The position numbers and the translations under genes were made by a program. 42,616 bases of DNA from an uncultured bacterium (GTDB lineage Bacteria > Bacillota > Clostridia > Christensenellales > Borkfalkiaceae), in NCBI GenBank assembly GCA_934871445.1, contig CAKXBD010000001.1:16069-58684 (forward strand), in the 5' to 3' direction. The notes beneath the pieces were generated by a model. The model made no database searches, was not told the origin of the DNA, and saw only the letters and a list, made by a program, of their open reading frames with translations. Positions 9,982-17,634 of this stretch are shown here, one piece after another. The number at the start of each line of letters is the position of its first letter. Within the stretch, counting starts at the first letter, position 1.

Positions 9982-10020
9982 CGGCGGCGAAACGCGCCGT
10001 TCAGCTCATTTTCGCCGCCG
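9982..10020 (-). terminator. 11-bp hairpin between mscL and the next gene (weak terminator or attenuator)
   Basis: CGGCGGCGAAA / TTTCGCCGCCG with a 17-nt loop, followed on the minus strand by ATTTTC and then immediately by the GGGAGGA RBS and ATG of the 9965 gene. Confidence 0.45.
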
Positions 10021-10060
10021 TATTCTGTTTGTCGTTCCTTCCGCGACTCTCGTGTTCCTC

Positions 10061-10097
10061 TGTCTTTACCGGTTTTCTTTTGTCTTTACCGGTTTTC
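10061..10097. repeat. Two direct 17-nt repeats with 20-nt period
   Basis: TGTCTTTACCGGTTTTC occurs at 10061-10077 and 10081-10097, each with a palindromic ACCGGT core. Confidence 0.85.
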
Positions 10098-10143
10098 CTT
10101 ATCCGCCTCGTGCGTTCACCGTTTTCCGGCTCTTGCCGTCCTT

Positions 10144-10764
10144 TCAGCGATTTTTCAAAAGATCGCGTATTTCCTCCAAGAGCTTTGTATTCGCTTCCGC
10201 CTTAGCCTCGGCCGCAGCTTTCTCTGCGGCTGCCTTTTCCGCCGCGAGGCGTGCTTCCTCCGCTTTCGCTTCCTCCGCCGCTTTCAAATCCGCTTGATAC
10301 TTCGCCATAGCTTCCGCCTTTGTCAGACCCTCTCTGCGATATTTCTTCACCGCTGCGCGCTCTGCCAGAAGCTCCCCTTTTGCCTTGTCTTTCGCGTCGT
10401 TGAGCCTGTTAATCGTCTTTACGATACAGAACAGCACGAACGCGATCAGCAGGAAATTGATGATTGCATTGATAAACGCACCCCAGTCGATATAAATGGA
10501 CTGCGTCAAATCCAAGAGTCCCGTCGTTTGGTCATAGACGGGTTTGAGCACCGTATAAATTTCGCTCAGAGAATCCCCGCCGATAATCGCCGCCAAAAGC
10601 CAATCGATGAGCGGTTTTAAGATGTTGTTGCTTAAAGCATTGATGATTGCGGTAAACGCGCCGCCGACGATAACGCCGACCGCCATATCGAGGACGTTCC
10701 CGCGCGTAATGAATTTTTTAAATTCACCGAAGAATTTTTTGATACCGTTTTCCTTTGTTGCCAT
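10144..10764 (-). CDS. mscL: Large-conductance mechanosensitive channel with expanded cytoplasmic linker
   Basis: 206 aa. N-terminus FKKFITRGNVLDMAVGVIVGGAF, TM2, and the canonical C-terminal helix LLEEIRDLLK. A linker of about 70 aa rich in Ala/Glu/Lys separates TM2 from the C-terminal helix. AAGGAG RBS. Confidence 0.9.
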   Translation of the reverse strand: MATKENGIKKFFGEFKKFITRGNVLDMAVGVIVGGAFTAIINALSNNILKPLIDWLLAAIIGGDSLSEIYTVLKPVYDQTTGLLDLTQSIYIDWGAFINAIINFLLIAFVLFCIVKTINRLNDAKDKAKGELLAERAAVKKYRREGLTKAEAMAKYQADLKAAEEAKAEEARLAAEKAAAEKAAAEAKAEANTKLLEEIRDLLKNR

Positions 10765-10900
10765 GAATATATTTTCTCCTTTGTATTTTATCTGTTTTAT
10801 TCTCCTTTGTAACGCCGATCGCGCGTTTCATGATTCCGTAAACGACAGTTTTCCGTCACCCTTCGACGAAATGCCTCATTTTTTTCGCAAGCTCATTCCG

Positions 10901-11401
10901 TTACAATACCGACACCGTAGTTCTCAAAATCACCGAAAAAATCCAGCTGCTCCAGAAAAAACTGAGGACCATGGAAACGATGGAAATGATAATTCCCGCA
11001 ATCGCAAGTCCCCGTCCCTCTCCGTTCAGCTCCTTAGAGTTTCTGTACCCGATTATGCTCAGAATGAGCCCCACGATCGAGACGAAGAAAGAACAAATAA
11101 ATCCCGCCAAAGCCATGGTATTGCTCTTTTGGTTTGCTCGGGGACGATACCCCGCATTTTCGGGAGCGTAATAATAATTTCCGTTCGGATAACCTGCGCT
11201 GCCTCCGTTCTGTCCCGCCGTGCCGCCCGGACGGTAGGCGTCCTTGTTGAGACTGCCGTCGGGATTGATTGCGTTTGCATTGTTTTCGGGCGGCATCGCG
11301 TCGTGGTTAGACACTCTTTCCCCGTATTCCGTCAACGCCCCGCAATTTGCGCATACCATATCGCTATCGCCCACCTTTGAGCCGCAATGTCTGCAATACA
11401 T
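10901..11401 (-). CDS. Zinc-ribbon / DUF4190-like membrane protein
   Basis: Start taken at the ATG at 11399-11401 (GGAGG RBS): MYCRHCGSKVGDSDMVCANCG (CxxC...CxxC), a Gly/Asn/Pro-rich linker, then two TM helices with GRGLAIAGIIISI. Confidence 0.8.
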   Translation of the reverse strand: MYCRHCGSKVGDSDMVCANCGALTEYGERVSNHDAMPPENNANAINPDGSLNKDAYRPGGTAGQNGGSAGYPNGNYYYAPENAGYRPRANQKSNTMALAGFICSFFVSIVGLILSIIGYRNSKELNGEGRGLAIAGIIISIVSMVLSFFWSSWIFSVILRTTVSVL

Positions 11402-11482
11402 TTTCTCTTTCCTCCAAAATTTTCTCTCTGAATTTATTTTACATAATTTTACGGGAATTGTCAATAGGGTATTCCTAATTTT

Positions 11483-13291
11483 TTATTCGTTTTTTTCTCT
11501 TTTGGCCTTTCGGACAAGAAAAATTCTTTTTTCTTGCGGTAAGCCTAAGGGAATACTGCCATTCATCAATAATTCTCCCGTACAAAGGAACATTTCTTTT
11601 ACAGAATAGCAATTCGGATCTATTTCATTCACCGAATACACGGTCGCTTCGTCTAAGCCCTTAAAGGTCACTCTTTCTGCATTTTCAAAGAGCGCTACGG
11701 CCGTCTGCCGATTCAAATCGACAAAAATTCTCCCGCCTTTCACGAGGTATTCCCTTCCGCCGCGCAGGAGAGGAGCCGTTCTTTTATAAAAAGAAATTTC
11801 TTTTTTCTTTAAGGCGGAATTTCCGTCCGAAAGCTCCTCTGCGGCCCATTCCCCCGACAACAGAGCAGCCGGCAATTCCTCGAATCCGGGCAAAAAACAG
11901 CGCACCGCGAGATTTTTTCTTTTCTTTCTTCCTTCAAACAATATGGAGGGAAAGCGTTCCGCGATTTTTTCCATGACGCCGTACAATCCCTCCCAATATC
12001 CCGCGGGAAGCTCCCGTTCGGAGCCTTTGTCCGCCCAACCGACATAGGAAACCTTTATCCCCGAAAGCGCCGCGGACAATATCCTGACGAGATATTTCTG
12101 CGCGCGCAAATCGGCCAAGTTCAGCCGTCGCGTATCCTCCCGAACGGACGATTTCAAAGTCAGTTCGGGATGTTTCGCATAGGCTTCCCCCGAAGCAGCC
12201 AGCGTTTCGGGAGCAAATTCCACGCCGAATTTCATTCCCGCTTTCCGCGCGGTTTCCGAGAGTGCGGATATTTTTTTCGCCGTATTCGGGTAAAGGAGTT
12301 CCTCAAAATCAATCCCTTCGAGCACAAATAATTCCGCTCCTGCCGCCGACCATTGGCCGACCGACGGGAAAATATCGTCCGATATTTCTTTTTCCTCGCA
12401 CAGCCGAACGGTCGCGGGGCGAAGTTTTCCCTTCTTTTTTCCACGCGCGAGATGTTTCTCCGAAAAAGAACGCAGGGCCTCCTTTGCCTCTTCCGCGGTT
12501 TCCGCATACGTCATGAGCGCTTCCGCCGAGAAAACGCTCTCGCCGGGAGCGAGCCGCCTGTCCGAAGGCGCGAAAACGGAAATTTGCGTAGAATCTCCCG
12601 TTCGGACGTTTTCCTCGAAAGCCCCCGCCGTGACCAAATCGAACGCATAGACATGTCCGGCCTTTTCCAAAAGGACGCAGGAGGAAAAAGAGCGGGAGGA
12701 ATATTCCGTTCCGCCGTTAGAGAGAATACAGCCGCCGCTTTCAGCGGCGGAATACCTGTATGTTTTCCCCTCTTTTTCCTCAAAAGTGACAAAAGAAAAG
12801 TCCCTTCCGTATATTTCCAAACAAAGGGAAGGGAATTTTTTTATTCCGACCTCCCTTTTTCCTCCGTTCAAGAGTCGGCAAGAGGCGCAAACGACGTCCG
12901 AATCGTCAAATACCGTATAATAGACGAACAATTTCAATTTGGCCGTCTCGTCCGCAAATTCAAAGCAGAGCGTCTGAGAGGCGTTTTTCTCATCCGAATC
13001 GGAATAGGAGGAAGGCAGAGGCGAAAGCGGCCTGTCCGCAGGTCTTGCGCGCAGGAAAGAAAAGTGCGGCGAAAAAGAACCGTCTGCAAACGAGCAGACG
13101 ACTTCGGGCGCGAACTCAAAGGAAGATCGCTTGTCTTCGTTCCGTTTTTTTTCGTTTCCCCTCAAAAAATCGTAATCGGGAACGGGTACGGTAAGTCTTT
13201 TGCCGTAATAGAGCATGGCTGCGTCCATTCCGAAAATGAGCGTCGTTTTGGGAGTATCTATCTTATATACGTTTCCTTTCTTTCTGAGCAT
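11483..13291 (-). CDS. GH36 alpha-galactosidase-like protein, apparently catalytically degenerate
   Basis: 602 aa with a GGAGG RBS. Collinear resemblance to GH36 (N-terminal beta-sandwich, FGVEFAPE, AYAKHPEL), but the remembered catalytic motifs are altered: LDDGWF becomes LEGIDF, KWDMN becomes GWADKG, and no GGGRxD. Family call is from memory. Confidence 0.65.
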   Translation of the reverse strand: MLRKKGNVYKIDTPKTTLIFGMDAAMLYYGKRLTVPVPDYDFLRGNEKKRNEDKRSSFEFAPEVVCSFADGSFSPHFSFLRARPADRPLSPLPSSYSDSDEKNASQTLCFEFADETAKLKLFVYYTVFDDSDVVCASCRLLNGGKREVGIKKFPSLCLEIYGRDFSFVTFEEKEGKTYRYSAAESGGCILSNGGTEYSSRSFSSCVLLEKAGHVYAFDLVTAGAFEENVRTGDSTQISVFAPSDRRLAPGESVFSAEALMTYAETAEEAKEALRSFSEKHLARGKKKGKLRPATVRLCEEKEISDDIFPSVGQWSAAGAELFVLEGIDFEELLYPNTAKKISALSETARKAGMKFGVEFAPETLAASGEAYAKHPELTLKSSVREDTRRLNLADLRAQKYLVRILSAALSGIKVSYVGWADKGSERELPAGYWEGLYGVMEKIAERFPSILFEGRKKRKNLAVRCFLPGFEELPAALLSGEWAAEELSDGNSALKKKEISFYKRTAPLLRGGREYLVKGGRIFVDLNRQTAVALFENAERVTFKGLDEATVYSVNEIDPNCYSVKEMFLCTGELLMNGSIPLGLPQEKRIFLVRKAKREKNE

Positions 13292-13380
13292 ACTTTCCTC
13301 CGAAACAGGTTTTTCATATTCCTACCTTTCCCCCATAAAAGACCCGCTTATTTGCGTCCCGTTTACCTATTGCTTATATC

Positions 13381-13420
13381 AAAAATGCGGAAACACGAAG
13401 TATTTATCGGGATTTCCGCA
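13381..13420 (-). terminator. Intrinsic terminator for the small-gene pair
   Basis: Minus strand: TGCGGAAA, 19-nt loop, TTTCCGCA, followed by TTTTT. Confidence 0.6.
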
Positions 13421-13485
13421 CCCTTTCCGACATAGCTTGTCTATGTTATAATAGCATATTCGGAAAAAAATGTATACCATTTTTT

Positions 13486-13516
13486 AAGCGGAGAAACAAT
13501 AGTTTCTCCGCTTTTT
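13486..13516 (+). terminator. Canonical intrinsic terminator oriented on the plus strand
   Basis: AAGCGGAGAAAC-AATA-GTTTCTCCGCTT (12-bp stem) followed by a TTTTTCTCATTTTTTT run on the plus strand only. On the minus strand it is followed by A's. It abuts the stop of the minus-strand 13518 gene. Confidence 0.55.
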
Positions 13517-13517
13517 C

Positions 13518-13742
13518 TCATTTTTTTATTTTTTCTTCGCGTCTCGAATCGAGCAGGTCTTGAAGGAAAAAGATGTCCTCTGCCACGGAGGCGAGGGAAT
13601 CGGTGAGATAGGTTCGTTCCTCTTTCCTTTTCGCGGAAAAAATTGCCGTACAATATTCCCGCATGAGCGATTTTTCGAGAAAGAGCATATCGCTTATGCT
13701 GTCACATTCGTTGAGCGTAATTTCGCGTTTGCTGTTTTTCAT
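13518..13742 (-). CDS. Small CotF-like (spore coat F domain) protein
   Basis: 74 aa. LNECDSISDMLFLEKSLMREYCTAIF resembles the Coat-F helical-bundle motif. Its start overlaps the upstream stop (ATGA). Confidence 0.65.
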   Translation of the reverse strand: MKNSKREITLNECDSISDMLFLEKSLMREYCTAIFSAKRKEERTYLTDSLASVAEDIFFLQDLLDSRREEKIKK

Positions 13743-13942
13743 CTTTTTCCTCCCGCCAATTTATCGAGCACGGTCTTTCTCTGTTCGTGTCTGGAAGCGA
13801 GCGCTTCCATATCCTCAGCCAAAATGGGGTCCGTGAGGAGTCGGGAATATATTCTCGCCTTTTTTGCGGCGAGTTCTTCCGCCCCTGCCAGCACGGCGAG
13901 GAGCAAGCCCGTTTCCGCGCCGTTATTTTCTTGGATTTCCAT
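13739..13942 (-). CDS. Small hypothetical helical protein, translationally coupled to the CotF-like gene
   Basis: 67 aa with a GGGAGG RBS and a 4-nt ATGA overlap with the downstream gene. No family recognised. Confidence 0.6.
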   Translation of the reverse strand: MEIQENNGAETGLLLAVLAGAEELAAKKARIYSRLLTDPILAEDMEALASRHEQRKTVLDKLAGGKR

Positions 13943-13944
13943 AA

Positions 13945-13993
13945 AAAACCTCCCTGTCTTTTAATCGCAGTATGCGGAAAACAGGGAGGTTTT
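13945..13993 (-). terminator. 13-bp hairpin: nth terminator that also sequesters the RBS of the next gene
   Basis: Minus strand: AAAACCTCCCTGT, 23-nt loop, ACAGGGAGGTTTT, then TT and ATG. The 3' arm contains the GGGAGG RBS of the 13942 gene. The hairpin starts 17 nt after the nth stop. Confidence 0.65.
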
Positions 13994-14010
13994 ATTCGCA
14001 AAAATAAGGC

Positions 14011-14649
14011 TCACGCCTTTTTCGGGGAATTGAAATAATCGCAATAACGCGCCAGAGTACAATGCTCGCAGTCGGGTTTTTGAGAGTGACAAACTCTTCT
14101 GCCGTGATAGATGAGCCAATGATGCGCCTTCGACCAATCGGCTTTCGGAACGGCCTTATGCAGTCCGTCCTCCACCTCTGCGGGAGTCTTTCCCCTAGCG
14201 AGCCCCAAGCGATTGCTGACGCGGAACACATGGGTATCCACGGCGATGGCGTCTCCTCCGAACGCGACGGAATATACCACGTTCGCGGTCTTACGTCCCA
14301 CCCCTGCGAGGCTCATGAGGTCTTTGATATTGTCGGGAACGTTTCCGCCGAACCGTTCGAGAATATCTCTGCTTGCGGAAAGAATATGCTCCGCCTTGGT
14401 CTTATAAAGTCCGCAGGAAAAGATATAGCGCTCTAATTGTTCTTGGGAAAGCTCTGTCATCGCGGCGGGGTTATTATATTTTTCGAACAATTTTTCCGTG
14501 ACTTTATTCACCCGCTCGTCCGTACATTGGGCGGAGAGAATTACGGCCACGAGCAATTCATAAGCCGAGCCGTAGTGAAGCGCGGGACGCGCGTCGGGAT
14601 AGAGTTTTGAAAGTTCGGCAAGCGCCGCTTTTTTATCGTGTCCTCTCAT
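14011..14649 (-). CDS. nth: Endonuclease III (DNA-(apurinic or apyrimidinic site) lyase)
   Basis: Has LLVAVILSAQCTDERVN, HhH LAGVGRKTANVV, DTHVFRVSNRLG, and the 4Fe-4S cluster motif CHSQKPDCEHCTLARYC. Start placed at the ATG at 14647-14649 (MRGHDKK) because the upstream in-frame ATG lies inside a promoter. Confidence 0.92.
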   Translation of the reverse strand: MRGHDKKAALAELSKLYPDARPALHYGSAYELLVAVILSAQCTDERVNKVTEKLFEKYNNPAAMTELSQEQLERYIFSCGLYKTKAEHILSASRDILERFGGNVPDNIKDLMSLAGVGRKTANVVYSVAFGGDAIAVDTHVFRVSNRLGLARGKTPAEVEDGLHKAVPKADWSKAHHWLIYHGRRVCHSQKPDCEHCTLARYCDYFNSPKKA

Positions 14650-14658
14650 AGCGATAAT

Positions 14659-14687
14659 ATTATAACACATCGCCGCGAGTTTCGCAA
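14659..14687 (-). promoter_or_regulatory. Sigma-A promoter of nth, implying a leaderless or near-leaderless mRNA
   Basis: Minus strand: TTGCGA, 17 nt ending in TGT, TATAAT. Only 9 nt (ATTATCGCT, no SD) separate the -10 from the ATG. Confidence 0.6.
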
Positions 14688-14737
14688 GTTTTTTTCCGAA
14701 TTTTATGCGCGGAAGTCTTGAACACCGTTTTACAACG

Positions 14738-15007
14738 CTATCGATAAGTCGGCTGCCACGGGGAAACGCTTGCCCGACCGTTTCTGAATTCCATTTTGTA
14801 AAAGCCCCGAAAAGCGGAATATTTTCCGAGTCGCAGTACAGCCTGTGCGCGAACGATGACCGTAGAATCGAATTTCACGCACAAGCCGCAGCCGATATGG
14901 GCTTCCTTCGGGGCAGAGACTGTCTGTGCCGCCACGCCGTATTTATATAAACGCCCCGCGTAATCCATACATTGGGCGCGGGAGCGGAAAACCGCAAGAA
15001 TCGTCAT
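14738..15007 (-). CDS. DUF3343 (putative Se/S carrier-like) protein
   Basis: 89 aa. The pattern ...PKEAHIGCGLCVKF... matches the conserved Cys-Gly loop of the DUF3343 family as I remember it. Divergent from a class-V aminotransferase. Confidence 0.7.
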   Translation of the reverse strand: MTILAVFRSRAQCMDYAGRLYKYGVAAQTVSAPKEAHIGCGLCVKFDSTVIVRAQAVLRLGKYSAFRGFYKMEFRNGRASVSPWQPTYR

Positions 15008-15074
15008 AATGTCATACCTACCTCCTCGGCGGAATAGTATATTTTATGAATCCATAAAAAAAGAGGTGACTTTC

Positions 15075-16190
15075 ATGATTTATTTCGACAACGCGGCGAC
15101 GGGCGGGCGCAAGCCCGACGCCGTGATTTCCGCGGTGACCTCCGCCGTAAAGCTGTGTGCGAATCCGGGCAGGAGCGGACACAAGCTCTCTCTTGCCTGC
15201 GCGGGAGTGGTACAGAATTGCCGCAACGCCCTCGACGAGTATTTTAACGGCTGGGGCTTCGAGCGGGTAATCTTCACAAAAAATTGCACGGAAGCGCTGA
15301 ACATCGCTGTTTTCGGCGCGCTTTCGGCGGGCGATCATGTCGTCACCACGTGCATGGAGCACAATTCCGTTCTCCGTCCCCTCGAATATCTCAAAAAGTC
15401 AGGCGTCATCACTTACGACGTCTGTCCGTTGACGGACGGAAACATTTGCCCCGAAACCTTTGCTTCCCTGATAAAGCCGGAAACGAAAATGGCAATCGTC
15501 ACTTCCGCTTCCAACGTCACGGGCGCAATCCCCCCGCTGAAAGAGATAAAAGAACTTCTGCCCGAAAGGGTGTTGTTCGTCTGCGACGGAGCACAGGGCG
15601 GAGGGCATATTCCCATCGACATGAAAAGGACGGGACTCGACGCCTTGGCGATCGCGGGACATAAGGGGATGATGGGAATACAGGGCAGCGGCGCGCTCCT
15701 GTTTTCAGAGCGCATAAATCCCCGCCCCGTAATGTTCGGCGGGACGGGAAGCGAGAGCATCTCCCTTGACATGCCCGATTTTTATCCCGACGCTCTGGAA
15801 GCGGGAACGCTGGCCTTTCCGGCCATATCTTCGCTTTTGGAGGGCGTGGGCTATCTTTCGGGACGGGGGGAGAGCATAGGGAAAGAGCTTTTATCCATGA
15901 CGGAATATTTTCTTGACGGATTGAAAAAGCTGTCCTCTTTTCGCGCGTATTCCGTTCCAAATACCTGCGGAATCGCCGCGTTCGGGCACCGCGACGTACA
16001 GTCGGAATTTCTCGCGCAGGAACTCTCGGAGAGCTATTCCGTCGCCGTCCGCGGCGGACTGCACTGCGCGCCTTTAATGCACAGGGCGCTCCAAACGGAG
16101 GAGGACGGCCTCGTGAGAGTGAGCTTTTCTCCTTTCAATCGCAAAAGGGAAATCGACGTACTCCTTTCCGCCCTGAAAAAAATGAACTGA
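15075..16190 (+). CDS. Class V aminotransferase, group II cysteine desulfurase / selenocysteine lyase-like
   Basis: Start at ATG 15075 (AGAGGTG RBS): MIYFDNAATGG. PLP-lysine region AIAGHKGMMG. SufS/CsdA-type active-site Cys in VRGGLHCAPLMH. Confidence 0.88.
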   Translation: MIYFDNAATGGRKPDAVISAVTSAVKLCANPGRSGHKLSLACAGVVQNCRNALDEYFNGWGFERVIFTKNCTEALNIAVFGALSAGDHVVTTCMEHNSVLRPLEYLKKSGVITYDVCPLTDGNICPETFASLIKPETKMAIVTSASNVTGAIPPLKEIKELLPERVLFVCDGAQGGGHIPIDMKRTGLDALAIAGHKGMMGIQGSGALLFSERINPRPVMFGGTGSESISLDMPDFYPDALEAGTLAFPAISSLLEGVGYLSGRGESIGKELLSMTEYFLDGLKKLSSFRAYSVPNTCGIAAFGHRDVQSEFLAQELSESYSVAVRGGLHCAPLMHRALQTEEDGLVRVSFSPFNRKREIDVLLSALKKMN

Positions 16191-16220
16191 CTTTTCCGCT
16201 TCGTTTACCGTCGGTCGGAC

Positions 16221-16535
16221 TTAGATTCTTTTCAGCCTTTCGACCACGGATTTCAATTTACGGCGCTGTCCGCCGTCCAGAAGCGGCGAAAATTGTTCGT
16301 AAAAAGTGTCTATCTCCGCATTGGAAAGCGTCCCCGCGCGCTTGCTTCTTTCCGCTTCGCTGAGGATATTTCTCAACATTTCGTTGCTGTTCTTGCCGTT
16401 GTAGGCCGCGGCGATTTTCCTCGTCAATTCCGCGGCAGAGCTCTCTAATGCGGGATCGGACGCCGTCACGGCCCTTTTCAGCGTCTCGCTTTCCGAAGGT
16501 GTATTTTCGGGGCGGTAATCTTTGAAACTTCTCAT
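16221..16535 (-). CDS. Hypothetical small helical protein
   Basis: 104 aa with an AAGGAGGAG RBS and coding-like composition. No family recognised. Confidence 0.65.
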   Translation of the reverse strand: MRSFKDYRPENTPSESETLKRAVTASDPALESSAAELTRKIAAAYNGKNSNEMLRNILSEAERSKRAGTLSNAEIDTFYEQFSPLLDGGQRRKLKSVVERLKRI

Positions 16536-16618
16536 ATGTCTCCTCCTTGCAGGATAACTTTATCATTATCCTATGCGGGGAGGAAATTTTTCGCAACTCA
16601 AGCTCATATATTGTTAGT

Positions 16619-17005
16619 ATGGAAATCATGATGCTGCTGCTATTATACTATCTTTCGCAAAATCCGGATTTTCCCGAAAGGATTAAACCGCTCATGGGAC
16701 AGCTGAAAAATTCCGAGGAAATGCTGAAATTTCTAAACGACCTTTCCCGTTTCTCCGACATTTTTTCCCTGTTCAAAAAGCAGGAGGGCGGGCCCGACCG
16801 TTCCGATCGGCCCGACCGCCCGCAAAGCGGCGCCCCGAAGCCTCCGAACGCGTCGCCGGACGGGGCAAGCGCTCCGAACGGTTCCGGAGGCGCGCCCTAT
16901 TCGCCGTCCCCGAAACAAGAAAAAGAAAATCCGCAAACCCCGACGAGCGGGATCGCGGACGAATTTATCGAACAATGTTTGGAAAAATATTTTAAGCGTC
17001 ATTGA
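16619..17005 (+). CDS. Hypothetical protein with Pro/Ser/Gly-rich low-complexity centre
   Basis: Start is uncertain. ATG 16619 has no SD but sits 6 nt after a TATATT box (possibly leaderless). The track ORF begins at 16547. Confidence 0.5.
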   Translation: MEIMMLLLLYYLSQNPDFPERIKPLMGQLKNSEEMLKFLNDLSRFSDIFSLFKKQEGGPDRSDRPDRPQSGAPKPPNASPDGASAPNGSGGAPYSPSPKQEKENPQTPTSGIADEFIEQCLEKYFKRH

Positions 17006-17532
17006 AGCGGGCGCGCCGAACTGTTATAAATCAGACCGTAGGAATCCAAATCCTTTCCGCCGCCGAAGGGATCGAACCCCCATTGACGCTCCACGGAGAA
17101 GCCGCATTTTTTATGTACGGCGAGGGAGGCAAAATTCTTTTTGTCCACGTTGTCCCGAACGACAAAAGCGCCGCCTTCCGAAAGAGAAGAAATTACGCCC
17201 TTCAAGAGCGTTCGGGCATATCCCTTTTTCCGCTCGTCCGTCCTCGTCTCCAAGGCCTCTATATAGTACGACCTCGGGGAAAGAGACAGCGCATACAGCC
17301 GAAGAGCGGATACCCATTTTCCGTCCGCTTCGAGGACATAGCATACATTCCCCGCCTCGGAAAAAAATTCCGAAGCGAGATACTCCGAAAAGGCGGCCTC
17401 AACTTTTTTCAAAGCATCTTCTTCCGTACAATCGGGGAAAAATCGGCGGGAATTTTCCCGATTGCTCTCCTCGTAAATTTGCATCAGTTTTTCATATTCC
17501 GTTTTTCCGCACCTTTTCAGCGCAAGCAGCAT
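16999..17532 (-). CDS. GNAT-family N-acetyltransferase
   Basis: Start at ATG 17530-17532 (GGAGGAGG RBS). Acetyl-CoA motif A region RKKGYARTLL. Confidence 0.85.
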   Translation of the reverse strand: MLLALKRCGKTEYEKLMQIYEESNRENSRRFFPDCTEEDALKKVEAAFSEYLASEFFSEAGNVCYVLEADGKWVSALRLYALSLSPRSYYIEALETRTDERKKGYARTLLKGVISSLSEGGAFVVRDNVDKKNFASLAVHKKCGFSVERQWGFDPFGGGKDLDSYGLIYNSSARPLQ

Positions 17533-17634
17533 TTTTCCTCCTCCGCGGCCGTTCTCCGAGTCCCGCCTTATCGCGGATACGCCGCAACCATACGGCAAGG
17601 ATCGTTCCCGTTTGGAAGCAGCGCAACTTTTTTG

